A DNA stretch of 63,871 bases, counting the filler, from Saprolegnia diclina VS20 (Eukaryota), in assembly GCF_000281045.1 (NCBI RefSeq). It is 3 parts of 2 records of this genome, joined end to end, with 100 filler letters (N's around TTAATTAATTAA, not from the genome) between each part and the next. Parts side by side here need not be neighbours in the genome. Positions count along the whole stretch, not along the records: positions 1 to 25,839 come from NW_008246152.1; 2 more parts are not named here. One strand, written 5' to 3'. The notes under the pieces are model-generated. The model was not told the origin of the DNA, did not search any database, and saw only the letters and a list, made by a program, of their open reading frames with translations. Below are positions 1 to 12,259 of the stretch, piece by piece (within the stretch, counting starts at the first letter, position 1; each line of letters begins with the position of its first letter). Both the position numbers and the translations under genes were made by a program.

Positions 1-575
1 CGGTCGTAGTGGCACGTGAGCACGTCGCCGTCAGCAAAGCAAGCTGCCATCTCGTCGATCCCGCATGTCTGGGAGGGCCGCAGCAGCTTGCAGAAGCGGC
101 CCGTCGTGTCGCCGTTGGCGTTGAAGGCGCCGGCCTTGCAATAGCCAACCCACAAGTCTGTGTTCTCGTCCGAGTCTTGGCCCTGCGCGTCGATGCGGAC
201 GCTAAAGACGTCAGCTGGCGTGCCGGCCATGACACAGTTCCACGAGTCGGACATGATCTTCTTGGTCGTCATCGTCTGCTTGTCGTTCGAGACCGACGTC
301 GTCATGCTGCACTTGAGAACGCTCCAGCGCAGGTCGTCCACGCGCGGCTTCTTGGTCATGGGCGAAGCGCTTGCAAGGCTGCTGTGCGCACGCTTGCCCG
401 ACGACGATGTTGCAGTCGTCGGGCGCTGGGTGGCCGCGACGTCTGGCGAGCTGGTTGCGCTGCTGGCTGTTGTCGTAGGCTCCGTGTCCACAGTCGCCTT
501 CGGCGAGCGCGGTGCATCGTCCGCGAGGCTCGGCTTGGCGGCGGCGGTGCAGTCGTCGCCCTTGTCCCCGGTCAT
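1..575 (-). CDS. Hypothetical protein with low-complexity N-terminus and possible SPRY/B30.2-like beta domain; runs off the window edge
   Basis: Open frame from ATG 575 (MTGDKGDDCTAAAK...) to position 1: ...WNCVMAGTPADVFSVRID...LWVGYCK...FADGDVLTCHYD. Inr-like CCATTTT lies about 30 nt upstream. Confidence 0.6.
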   Translation of the reverse strand, partial: MTGDKGDDCTAAAKPSLADDAPRSPKATVDTEPTTTASSATSSPDVAATQRPTTATSSSGKRAHSSLASASPMTKKPRVDDLRWSVLKCSMTTSVSNDKQTMTTKKIMSDSWNCVMAGTPADVFSVRIDAQGQDSDENTDLWVGYCKAGAFNANGDTTGRFCKLLRPSQTCGIDEMAACFADGDVLTCHYD

Positions 576-620
576 GGTGTGGCAGTGACAGTGGTGGTGC
601 CAAAATGGTAAACGCGGCTG

Positions 621-652
621 GATTGGTCCAAAAAGAGAAAAATATGGCCAAT
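621..652. promoter_or_regulatory. CCAAT boxes in a short divergent promoter
   Basis: ATTGG at 622-626 and CCAAT at 648-652, between divergent ATGs at 575 (-) and 695 (+). Confidence 0.5.
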
Positions 653-694
653 CACAAGCGACAATAAAGGCAACGGGTCGATCTGCCACGTCAC

Positions 695-1194
695 ATGGTC
701 ACACGACCCATCGACTCAAGGCCCAAGGAAGAGCAACTCGACCGAGGTACCTACCCGGGGCCCCATCCTTGGTCCTGGAGGAGGATAGAGTATATGTACA
801 TGGCTTGCGCTAGTGCTGGCTCCTATTGTTTCGTCAACCGCCTCTGAAGACAACAAGCCGCAGGCGCGCAGGATGTTGTATGTTGCGAGCATCGGGCGAT
901 GCCACAGGCAACTTGGTTGGGCTGTCTTGAGCAAGTAGTGGATGTAGGCACCAAGCGAAATCGTTGCCCGCGCTGGCGCCTGCTATGCCACGTGCTGCGC
1001 CTCCGGCCCTGCCGACGTCGCCGCCTCGGTCGCTGGTGTCTCGGGATGACCTCAACAACGGCGTCGCTTTGCTGCCGATCGAAAAAGCCTGGAAGGCTTT
1101 TACGGAGCGTGTCGTCATGAACTATTCCGCGGCCGCAAGCGACTACGAAGAGCAAGATGCGCCCCCGCGTAGCCACGGCCCGGTGAGCGAATGA
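695..1194 (+). CDS. Small hypothetical protein, 3 exons (695-746, 814-877, 948-1194)
   Basis: Phase-consistent GT-AG introns 747-813 and 878-947 give MVTRPIDSRPKEEQLDRVLAP...RRMLHQAKSLPALAP...KAWKAFTERVVMNY...PVSE*. Confidence 0.5.
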
Positions 1195-1627
1195 AGAAGA
1201 AGTTTACTAGTCTCAACGTATGCAAAGTCTTAATAAAACAAAGGTAACGCGAAACACGTTCCTATATCCACAGGCACTGTATATTGCTGGTAGCGCTCTA
1301 CATCCTTAAGCATTGGGCAAAAAGGGTGTATGTTGCAGCGATGCCTACTTACCAGTACATCACGGCGAGTTGCTCGGTTGATCGGTGGGCTGGCGACCAG
1401 CGACAGCCACCGCTGCGTCGACATACCTCAACTGGTGATACGGTTTATGGAGCGGCGGAATACTCATACAAGCACGTGCAGTCATACAACGACAGAGCGA
1501 GGGCGTCATTGACGCGCCGACAGAAGAGACAACGGGTACTAGGAGGACCGTTGTGCGCTGTACGAAGCATCGTCAATGACCGATGCTTCTGGACCGTACG
1601 CGCGTCCTCTTTGCTACGTTTGTGTAG

Positions 1628-4600
1628 TCACGTCTGCAAAGTACCCCACTTGCTCGTCAATTGCTCGATCAAGGACGAGCTGTAACGTGCTGGCGTGGCT
1701 TGGCGCTTGGACCCTAACCCTAGCTCGATGACTCCCCGGTGCTCGACAGCGTCGGGAACGCTACGGCACACAACCCCCAACGGGAAATGGTTTAACAATG
1801 CAAAATCGAGTGGTTGAGCCTCTGACAAACTACAGACTCCAATGCCCAATATGGTCGACAACGCCTTACGCGATCTATGTACGCGCACGTCAAGCACAAC
1901 GTTAGAGATAATCTGAGGGAATCCTACCTCGTTGCTGTTTGTACCGCATTCGGATATCGTCGGCAGACCCACAGCGCTGGTTGCTGCCTTCTTGTTCATA
2001 AGGACGGTCGTCGGCGCGTCGTCGCCGTCGTTGCGGCGCAGCAAGAGCTCCTTGACGATGGCCGCCGCTGTCGGGCGCTCCGTCGGATCGAACGCCAGAC
2101 ACTTGTCCGCGAGGTCCTGGAGCCAGCGCGGGCACGTCGGGCTCATATTCGGACGCAGCAGCCCAGTGCGGACCTTGGCTTCAATGCTGTTGCGATCAAC
2201 GAGATCCGAGTACGGCTCACAGAGCGTATCGAGCTCGGTCAAGACGACGCCAAACGAGTAAATGTCGGCGGCCGTCGTGTACACGCGGCCTTGCCCTTCA
2301 AGATCTGGCACCCGGAGCACCTCGGGCGCCATCCAAAACTTGGTGCCGACGTTGGACGTAAAGGTATCACCATCGAGCGTCCGCGCTGAGCCAAGGTCAC
2401 CGAGGCGGACGTAGTACGTTTTCGAAAGAAAGATGTTGAGGCTCTTGACGTCGCGGTGGACCACGTTGCAACGATGGAGATCGGCCAGCGCCAGCGCCAA
2501 CACCAGCGCGACCTCGATCGTCGAGAGCTCCATCTCCACGGGCACCCCAAATTGCTTGAGCTGGAGGTAGTTGTGCAAATCTCCAAGCTCCATGTACTCC
2601 ATGACCATCGTCGGGCTGTACAAAAGAGTCCGCGGCCGGACAACGTGCGGCTTTTGTGAGCCATTGTCGAGGACCGCGAGCAGCGGCTGGAGGTACGGCG
2701 ACGTGCACCTACATCGAGGATGTCAGGCTATGTACACTCTCAATTCGGCGCGTACGTGCGCATCGTGTCGACTTCTTGCATAAAGCTCTTGACCAGGCGC
2801 GGGTTGGGGAGCTTGGGCCCTTTCATGACCACGGCCTTGTCGCCGTACGAGCCCAGATTGACTGTGACACCGGTGCCACCAAAGATTTCCCGCTCGACGA
2901 CGAGCTCGGTGGCGATGGCCTAGCACAGTGATAGCACATTTGATATACAATATCTAGGTAATATGGTACCGCAGTTGGCTCTGGGTACAGATGAGGGTAG
3001 AGCACTTGTGCGACAGCGTCGTTGGCTTGCTTGATCGCAAGTGCCAGAAGCGTCCACCCGTGTTGCTCCTACAAGCCTCATATTGCAACTCGACGACTCC
3101 TGTCGAGTCGCACCGGTCGCATCGTCGCCGGGTCGGCGCCCATCGCCAAGAGGCACTGCACAGCGTCGGCGTGGCCGGCCAAGACGGCTTGCACCAACGT
3201 CTGGTTCATGGCGTCCTACACAGACGATCATCGGCACTGGTCCAACCGCTAGGACTACACACCGAACCGGCGCCGTCCAAGGCGGTACGAAAGATGGCGA
3301 GCAGCGCATCTCGGCGGCTGGTGTCCTCGTCAGTCGCAGGGGCGGCCTCCTATTGTGTGCAGTGTAAGTTGACCATGCACGCACCGCTGGCGCACCGGAT
3401 AGGGATCCACGACGCTCGGTGGCAGGTGCGGAAGCAACATCTCGGCGACCTCGGTGTGGCCCTTGTCCATGGCCTCGGCGTAGCTCCAGCGGACAGAAGA
3501 CGCCAGTGCTTCGAGCGACAGCGCCTGCACAAGCACATGGGCACTCGCTACATGACCTTGGCGAGCAGACAAGAGCAGTGGCGACGTCCCGTTCTACAAG
3601 CCGCGGTCAACAACGGCTACAGGCGGAACACAGCACCGCATCATGGACAACGATCGTCGCTCCTGCGCGCACGAGTCGGTCGACGACACTAGCATGGTCT
3701 CTTGCCACAGCCACGTGCAGCGCCGTGCGGCCATTCTAAGTATTAGAATAACAAATTGCATCTAAAATCACTAACTTGGAGAGAATCAACGCACCGCGTC
3801 TGTTGTGTTGACGCCGACGCCCTTTCTCAGATACACATCGACACGGTCGGCGTCACCACTCTGAACGGCGTCCAAGAAGCGGAGGGTCTCGGCGGCTTCG
3901 GCATCCTTGAAGGCTTGAACAATGGCGTCGCCGCGCTGCTTGTCCGTAGCGATCTGGAGCGGCGTCTCGCCCGCCTACGCATGACACCGCCGCGTCAGAT
4001 CCCGAGCCCTTGCTCTTGGACGACGCATCTACCGTCGTTTTGGCAAACATGTTGAGCGTGGTCGAGAGTAGCATCTTGACCATGGCGAGGCCTCCTGTCG
4101 CCGCAGCCTCGTGGAGCAGCGTCCACCCGCTCTATGACACGAGGTGAGGCCTTCTCTGCGCCGCAGGAGCAACGAAGGGGACTACATTGGTGGTGGAGTC
4201 CAGTGACGTTCCGGATTGAATCAAAAGCGAGACAAGGGGCGCGTGGGCGCACTTGATGGCGACGGAAAGGGGGGTGCAGCCGCCCTAAACCGCAACGAGC
4301 TGGTCGAGATACCGAGTGTGAAGGAACGGTCGTACGCTGTTGGTCCAACTGAGGCTTTTGACAGGCGCATGCTGGACCAGCTTTTCCACAATGAACATAT
4401 GTCCCTTCGCCGCTGCGAGATGCAGCGGCAAATTGCCGCTCTAGATGCAGGTTTGAAGGGTCGTGACGTGAGCTGCCGTGGGCTACCTGGTCGCTGCGAC
4501 AAGAGAGGGACGGGTCCGTTGCCAAAAGCAGCGTGACGATGTCGTCGTGACCGTTGGCAGCAGCCACGTGCAGTGCGGTCGCTCCGTCCTAGAGTTGCGG

Positions 4601-5876
4601 AGGAGGGGTCGTGGAATCATTTTTATTTATGCAAGGGAGATCCTACCTCGTTGACGGTGGACGGACGAGCACCAGCGCGAAGAAGCACTTCGAGATTGCC
4701 AGCGTTGTTGGTCGACGCGGCTTGGAGCAGTAGCAGTCCAAAATGGTACATTTGAACAGTCCAGCCCTAAGCAGAGTGCATCGCCTGCGATCTCAACGGA
4801 GGAGGCAGTTGGATAGTACCTCTTCGCCCATCAAGGTCCCTCTGGCGTTGGCTTGGACAAGGGCAACGACTGCAGCTATGTTGTTCTTGGCGATCGCACG
4901 CGTAAGCGCGGTTTGCTCTTCCTACAACAGTATGTGATGTGGAATATCGTATGTCTTCAATGAAGAAGTATACCTTGTCGGTGGCGTTGACGTCGAGGCT
5001 CGGCTTGGACAGGAGGGTTTGTAGGAGCGCCATGTCCCCCGTGTCGACCACCAACTGCAGCAGTGGGACGAAGTTCTACAGCCATTGGCTTGGTAGTACG
5101 TAGCTCGCGATGGAGTCGACGTACGCCATCCCGCAGATTCACGTCAACCGTGGTTGACTTGATGAGGGTGATGGCGTCCGAGAAGCATCTTTCGTGCAGC
5201 GCTGCAAGAAGCTAATTAGGAACATCATACTAGACGGCGATAAGGTCCAAAGTGTCAATATGTACCTTGGCTTTGGTGATCTTGCGTTGCGGATGGTCGC
5301 GCAAGAGCTGCGCCACGTCATCATGTCGGTACTTGATTGCCACATCGAGCGCGGTTTCCTTGTACTACGTCCATCATGCCATCGTCGTCGTATCGTCAGG
5401 CGGCAAATGAGAGTATATACGTACGATGTTTCTGGCCCCGGGATCGGCGTCGGCATCCAGTAGGAGGCGCGCGACCTCAAGTCGGTTGTGCTTTGCAGAT
5501 TCTAGCAGCGGCGTGTAGAGGCCATCCTGCCCATACTGATGCAAGACTTGATACGGTGGCGTCGACGTACATTGCAGTGCCCTTCGGTCGAAGCGCCCTT
5601 TGTGAGCAAGTAGCAGACAACTTTGGCTTGGCCAAACCAAGCCGCGACGCCCAAGGGTGCCTACGATGAATGGCATGCTGCAATGCATCGATGCCCACAA
5701 GAACAGGAACGTACGCCGTCCTTGCCGTTGGGATTGACGCCTTCCTTCTCCACGAGCCGCTTCACGTCGCCCAGTCGACCTTCTTCTGCAGCTGTGTAGA
5801 GCTCCTCCTATGTGATCGCAGACGCAGTCGCTTGCATTCGGGCAGCGTCCTCCGCTACCTCCTTTGACTTTGTCAT
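1628..5876 (-). CDS. Multi-exon ankyrin-repeat protein with C-terminal TKL-type protein kinase domain (3' end uncertain, 1866 or 1628)
   Basis: ATG 5876. Many ankyrin exons (ELYTAAEEGRLGDVKRLV, TALHVAAANGHDDIV, GRTALHVAV, GTSPLLLSARQGH). Kinase motifs AVVMK, MEYMELGDL, HRDVKSLN, DLG, GTKFWMAPE, DIYSFGV, PTERP at about 2030-2920. Confidence 0.85.
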
Positions 5877-7153
5877 GGTTTGGCGAGTTGCACAATGATG
5901 CGGTTGAAAACGCCCTCCAATCACACCCTGCGATTTCAGCGTGGAGAAGTTTAATTGGCCAAAAGCAGCGTCGCAACAATCCCTGTGCAAATCAAAGTTG
6001 GCGACTGAGGCGACCCACTAAGCTTGGCGGAAGGTCGTTTAGCTCTTCCGCACGACGTTGACGCCCCTACCCGCTGCTGCGCTCGCGATCAAAGCAGCTA
6101 CTATCACACGATTGCATCTCCAGCACTAGGCTCGTCGCGCCGTGGTGCCTTCGCTTACCCAGGCGCTTATCGCTCTACGCGCTGACCCTTGGTGCGCTCG
6201 CTATCTCACTCTATCCCGAGCCCCGACAACGCGCCCGACTATAGTCATACACGTGCATGCGGCTTGGACGGTGCTATCCTACCACGGTGCGTCGACCATC
6301 TAGCGACGATCGCTTTGCGAAGAGCTCGTGAATACTCTAGCGTGCTCAAGCTCTAGCCAATTGCAAATACTGGTATGTACATGCATGCGAGGAGGCGGCG
6401 AATGGTGACTCACACTAGCGCGCCGCGGTGGCCGTTGCATGCCCCGAGGACAGCCGCAAGCACCGTCGATGATCAGACGCTGTGGCTACTATTCATTCAC
6501 CATCATCCTATATCGCGCCATCTCCATTCCTCTCCACGCGTGGCCGCCACATGCAACGTGCAAGCTCGCGAGACCAATTCCTTCGGGAGGGTTCGGTCAT
6601 TGGTAATCGGGCTCCTCGCCGTCGTAGCGTGCATGGCCTTGGGCATACTTGACCTCCATCGACGCAGCTCGACCTCGCGCATGGGCCATGACCCTACATG
6701 CACCTCGCCTGCCCCTCGTCTGGCTGACCAGTGACCACGACCGCAGCAGCAACGTCGACACCGCTGCCACGCACGTGCCTCAACACATCCCAATCTGATC
6801 TTTTTAAATTCTGGCCGGTTCTCTTGAAGTTTGTATACCGCATGGAATGTGCCCAGGGATTGTCCCGTGCAGGGCGAAGTTCGAAGCTGACAGCCTGTGG
6901 TCATCGGAAACCACGGAAATAGTGTAGAAATCGAGCACGGCGCCTGGCGTGGTTGCACCAGCTGATACGCAAACACCTGGAATAATGTATGCATCCAAAG
7001 GTCAAAAGTACACGATTTCAAGGAAATAAAGTAAATAGTGTCACTTGATTACAAATCGCTGGCGTGGCCTGATATTTGTATGCGAGACCGAAGTTCGCAC
7101 TTGAAGCTAGGATCCCAAGGGCGTCGGCCGCTCACTTTTGGAATCACTCTCCG

Positions 7154-8595
7154 ATGAAGACTGCCGCTGCCTCGATCGCCCGCCGCTTCAGCCACGCCGC
7201 CTCGCCGCGGGTACGACGACCTCATGCAAAGCTACGACGTGAGGTTGACATGGGTATGTAGGACGTTGTCATTGTCAGCTACGCGCGTACGCCGATCGCT
7301 ACGTTCAACGGCGCGCTCTCGAGCTTGACCGGCCCGGAGCTCGGTGCGATTGCCAACAAGGCTGCGATCGAGCGCGCTGGCATCAGCGTCAACGACATCC
7401 AGGAAGCGTACCTCGGCAACGTCGTGAGCGCTGGCATTGGCCAGGCGCCGGCGCGCCAGTCGGTCCTCAAGGCCGGTACACCATCCTCATCCACGACGAC
7501 GACCACAAGCTGACCCTTTCCATGCGTAGGTATCCCCGACACGGTCCCGTGCACGACGGTCAACAAGGTCTGCGCGTCCGGCATGAAGGCCATCGCGATG
7601 GCGTCGCAGGCCATCATGGCCGGCAGCCAAGACATCATGCTCGCCGGTGGTTTCGAGAGCATGAGCAACATCCCGTACTACTTGCCCAAGGCGCGGTCGG
7701 GCTACCGCCTCGGCGACGGCAAGCTCGTCGATGGTGTCATCCACGACGGTCTCTGGGACCCGTACAACAACCAACACATGGTACGCACATCGATCCTCCT
7801 ACTTGTCGTCCCATCCTCATCCGACGTCCATCCAGGGTATGTGCGGCGAAAAGTGTGCGACGGACTTTGGCTTCTCGCGCGAAGACCAAGACAACTTTGC
7901 GATCTCTTCGTACACGCGTGCGGCGGCCGCGGCCAAGGTACGACGACCCTCCGATTCCAAAGATCTCATGGTCTCTGGCTCGTTTCCAGGCCGGCAAGTT
8001 TGAAGCCGAGATCGTCCCGGTCTCGATCAAGCAAAAGAAGGGCGACCCGAAGGTTGTCTCGGCTGACGACGAGATCTACAACGTCAAGCTCGACAAGCTC
8101 CCGACGCTCCGCCCGGCCTTCAAGAAGGACGGCACGGTCACGGCTGCGAACGCGTCGCCGCTCAACGACGGCGCCGCCGCCCTTGTCGTCATGTCGCGCG
8201 AGCGTGCGGACGCCCTTGGCCTCAAGCCCCTGGCGCGCATCCGTGGGTTCGGCGACGCCGCCCACAACCCCGTGGACTTTACGACCGCGCCGTCCAAGGC
8301 GGTCCCGATCGCGGCCAAGCACGCTGGCCTCCAGCTCTCGGACATCGAGTACCACGAAATCAACGAAGCGTTCTCGGTCGTGGCGCTTGCCAACATGGAG
8401 CTCATGAAGCTCGACCACAGCCGCGTCAACGTCAACGGCGGCGCGGTTGCGCTTGGCCACCCGATCGGCATGTCGGGCGCGCGCATCGTCGGTACGCTCA
8501 TCCATATTCTGGAGCAGAACGACGCGACGATCGGTGCGGCGTCGATCTGCAACGGCGGTGGCGGCGCCGGCGCGCTCATCATCGAGCGGTTGTAA
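7154..8595 (+). CDS. ACAT1: Acetyl-CoA C-acetyltransferase (thiolase II), probable mitochondrial presequence, 5 exons
   Basis: MKTAAASIARRFS presequence; DVVIVSYARTPI, TTVNKVCASGMKA, NASPLNDGAAA, EINEAF, GHPIGMSGAR, ICNGGGGA. First intron 7211-7261. Confidence 0.95.
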
Positions 8596-8663
8596 TTGCA
8601 AAAAGAGATGTGACGTACCCCTGCGCTTTGTCATTGTCATCAACCGACGTCGTCGCATGTATT

Positions 8664-9727
8664 CTACAGGGGACAGGCTAGACTACGACCAACATGGCAA
8701 GCACGACGGCAAAACGGTGGCGACGACGGTGTTGTCGGTGTTGGTGTCGGGGTCGTCGGTGTTGGCGTTGTTGTTGGCGTCGTTGTCGTTGTCGGTGTCG
8801 GTGTCGGTGGTTCAGGGCAGAATTTGGCCATGTACGCTGCGGTGGCGCCCACCACGCCCAAGGACGCGACCTCTGCTTGGGCTGTCGATAGCATATCAAA
8901 GAAAGGCGCGAGTTCACCGCGCTGGTACGTCGGTAGCGTCGTGAGGTTGCACTGCGGCACCTCGGTGGTGAGCATCGTAGCGTGAAACTCGGGGCACGTC
9001 GTCGCACACCATGCCAGTGGCATGTCGGTACGCAAGAACGCCGAACAGTTGCTCCACAGCGACATGTTGAGCGCGGACGCGCATCGGGTCCAGACAGGAT
9101 GGGCGGCCAAATTCCGGAGCGTCTCGATGTCGGCGGTCGTGCAGACCCCCGGCCTCTGCGCGCGTGCAGTTGTACGTCTCGAGGAGTGTGTTTCGCGGGT
9201 CCAAACCCGACTGGCTGCAGTTGGGCAAACGGGCGTGGACAGCCGTCATGTTGTCGCGACACGCCGGCGACCCGCAGTACCATTGCAGCCCCTCAAGTCC
9301 CGCGACAAGCCGGTCACGGTGCTGCCCGAGCAGTTGGGCCACAGCTCTGCGTCCATGGTTGCACCGCATCGGTGCTCGTGCAGGCGCCACCGTCCATGGT
9401 CGGATGCGTCACGTCGTAGCAGAACGACCGAAACGACGTGAGATTCGCGACGGCTGCGCTCACCTCGTCGCAGGACGGGACGCTCCGTGTGTAGTTGGCG
9501 AGATCCTCGCTGCACGCGGGTTGACACAGCGTAAAGTGGCTGCCTTCCTCGGCCAGGACGCTGGAAAAGGTCGCACTGTACGGCGTCCGAAGCGCGGGCG
9601 CGCACGAGTCGGAGAGGGTCGCGGCGATGGCTTGCGCGTACGAGCCATTTTGCGCCGCCGAGCACGGCGCCGACGTCCCCATGTGCGTCGTCAGCAGCAG
9701 CAGTGCCAACCCAAGAACACGAGACAT
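8664..9727 (-). pseudogene. Secreted protein with three elicitin-like Cys domains and a Pro/Thr tail, interrupted by three frameshifts (pseudogene or consensus errors)
   Basis: Signal peptide MSRVLGLALLLLTTH. Domains carry C-x3/4-C-x13/14-P-x-C cores (CQPAC..VPSC, CGSPAC..LPNC, CATTC..VPQC). Coding sense switches frame at 9359-9360, 9289-9292 and 9146-9150. Confidence 0.65.
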
Positions 9728-10192
9728 TGCACGCACAAGGTGGTCGTTGTGCTAGTGTCGACCCACGCGGAGACTGTGCACTGGAAAGATAGGGAAACGC
9801 CGAGCTGTTGCCGTTGGATCCAAAATGGCATCTCTGAGACGGGGCAATGAGGACAAGTTGTCGTGCCGCCTGTACGCAAACCGCTGGTTCGTCGAGTGTT
9901 CTAGGGCGCCGACGGTGGTCACGGCTCCGGAGGGATATACCGCGAGGGGAGCAGCCACGCCAGTACTGGACTACGTGATGAATGCTATTATGGTTGGTGA
10001 TGCCACCGTGCCGTGGCGTAGGTCCCTTGTCTCGTCACTGTGTCCTTCCCACACACTCCCAAGCACCACACAATCCAAGATGTAGCGTGTCATCGATGGC
10101 TATCAAACCTGTAGTAGTACATTAACAAGGCCGTGGGCTGGGTGGCCGGCGCCGCAGCGACGAGAAACCTGCTCTGCCCCGCGACACCGGCG

Positions 10193-10534
10193 TCAACAGC
10201 GAGCTTGACACCAACGCCGACACCAAGTCCCCGACACGGACAACCGCGATGAGCACCGTATTCTTGGTGTCGCTGCGTAGTTGCATGTAGTTTTGCCAAT
10301 AGCCATGCTATACATATATTCGAGTACGGCAAGCATCTGCCGAGCGTAGCGCACCGTTCGGTTGCAGGGCGAGTGAGAGCGCTTCACTCGCATGCCTCCA
10401 TACACTAGTACTACTGCGTATTTTGCGAAAAGCCAAACCGCTTCTTGGTCCTCCTGGTCTGCCAACAGCGCCGAGTCGGAGCGACCTCTCGTCCGCCTTG
10501 TCATCTCGGTCGTCCGCGCTTGCGCCGACGCCAT
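10193..10534 (-). CDS. Possible small hypothetical protein, structure unresolved
   Basis: ATG in good context (MASAQARTTEMTRRTRGRSDS...) with GC3-rich first codons; no recognisable domain. Confidence 0.25.
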   Translation of the reverse strand: MASAQARTTEMTRRTRGRSDSALLADQEDQEAVWLFAKYAVVLVYGGMRVKRSHSPCNRTVRYARQMLAVLEYMYSMAIGKTTCNYAATPRIRCSSRLSVSGTWCRRWCQARC

Positions 10535-10674
10535 GGTATCACATCATGGAGCATCGTTCCACCAGATCAAACTCTCAAAAGGCGAAAATTACGACTCTAT
10601 TCGTCTACTCCAGCAAACACGACACAGGACGCGACAATGACGCACTCGGACATCTACACAGCGAGGAGGCGCGT

Positions 10675-11010
10675 CTACAGGTCGAGCCGGAAAATCGGCT
10701 CGTCGTCGTCGTCCGTGCGAAACCTTTGCTTGGCCTGCGGCGAAAACACGTAGCCGGCGTAGTTCTGGTCGTTCGGGTCGTGCGAGTCGACGCGGGACCG
10801 CGACTGTAGGTAGTAGGCTTGGACGAGCATTTGGCCTTCGCGCGCCTCGAACGAAAGCTGCGGCGAGACCGCGTCGATGAGAAAGTCGATGGCCGGCGCG
10901 AGCGTCCGCGGCGACGACGGCGCGCCCATCGGGATCGTCATCGGCGGCGACTGGGGCCACGTGAGCTGCTCCATGTTGGTGGCGTCCGGTCGGTCGAGGA
11001 ACTTCATCAT
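10675..11010 (-). CDS. Small intronless hypothetical protein ending DDDDEPIFRLDL
   Basis: 111-aa ORF with strong GC3 bias; Inr-like CCATTCT just upstream; TATATAAA about 190 nt upstream on the minus strand. Confidence 0.7.
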   Translation of the reverse strand: MMKFLDRPDATNMEQLTWPQSPPMTIPMGAPSSPRTLAPAIDFLIDAVSPQLSFEAREGQMLVQAYYLQSRSRVDSHDPNDQNYAGYVFSPQAKQRFRTDDDDEPIFRLDL

Positions 11011-12259
11011 GGCACGTCAAGTTGGAGAATGGAAAACTGAGTTTGCCGTCGCGCGGAGCGGTAATAATATACATCGCGATCTTGCTTTTTGTATGGAGAA
11101 TAAAACATTGGTATTGAATACCGCCGCCGGGTTCAGATTCGTCGGAAAAGATTCGAAGCTCGGCCCGTGCACTGTGAAAATACATATTCTCTGTCCTTTT
11201 ATATATCGACTCCGGAGGCGTTGCTCAAGCTTGCTGAGGCGCGTCGCGAATAGCAGCTCGCTTGTATGGTATCGCGGCAAGCCCACGCGTCAGCTGCGAC
11301 GGGCTTTCAACGGTTCCGGCGCCTGATTGGTGCATATTTTCACACACTCAAGAATCTTTGGGATGTGGACCGACCATGATCCCAAGGTGACTGACTGGCC
11401 ATCAAGCTCGCGACCGTTGCCACTCTTGCCGCCAGAGATGGGCAGCAGCGCTTCGTGTTTGCGCATCGGTGGTATCTTGCGGTGTCGCACGAACGCGGCT
11501 CCGACAAGCCCAAGTGCAACGTCGATCGAATCGACCGTCGACCATCTTAACGCCTTGGTGCAGGGATGGGATGCCACATCTTTGCACGGAATCTGCAAGT
11601 CGTGGCTTGCAGCGTAATGGGCGCTTGAATACCGAGAGATTCTCGCAGGTTCCTCACAACTTGAATGCACCGACCGCCATCGAAATCTTTGAAATCTTGA
11701 CAAATGAAAGCCTGTGAAAATGAATATATTTTCCAGTCGCGTCCACGCGCCCAGCGTTGGGAAGCGACCAATCCCGAGCGTCGAATCTCGCATTTTGCGT
11801 TTTGGCCAATCAGAAAGTGGTTGAAGTTGAACGTGGCAGACCGTTGTGCCACACTTGGTGTTTGTATCCGCCAACTTCAAGCGCCGCGCGTCGAATCAGA
11901 TGCCGCGTCTCAGTCGACGCCGGTTGCAGAACTTGCCACGTGGAAGGAGCCGACGGCGGGCGTCGTCGGCGCGGTCTTTGCACGATAGCCAGGACCCGTA
12001 TCACTCCTCGTTGCTACTACAGCTACTAGCGCGACTCAAATCCGAAACGTTGGCGGCGTCCACCGGCGGAGATGCTGCGTCTGTCCTACTCTGGAGCGAG
12101 CCGGAGCGCTACACGTCTCGCCCTGCCTTCTCGAATGTGCATGAGCCCATGCTGTACGGCTGCGCACAAACCAAGCAACCTCGTTCGAAAGCTACTCAAA
12201 CGGCAGTTCGACCACTGAACCGATGGCAGATTATCAGCGGCAGCTACTCCTCTTGTGTA

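Noticed and set aside
908..947. Possible 40-nt GC-AG intron
   Set aside because: A canonical GTATGT donor at 878 gives the same phase and a more typical intron length.
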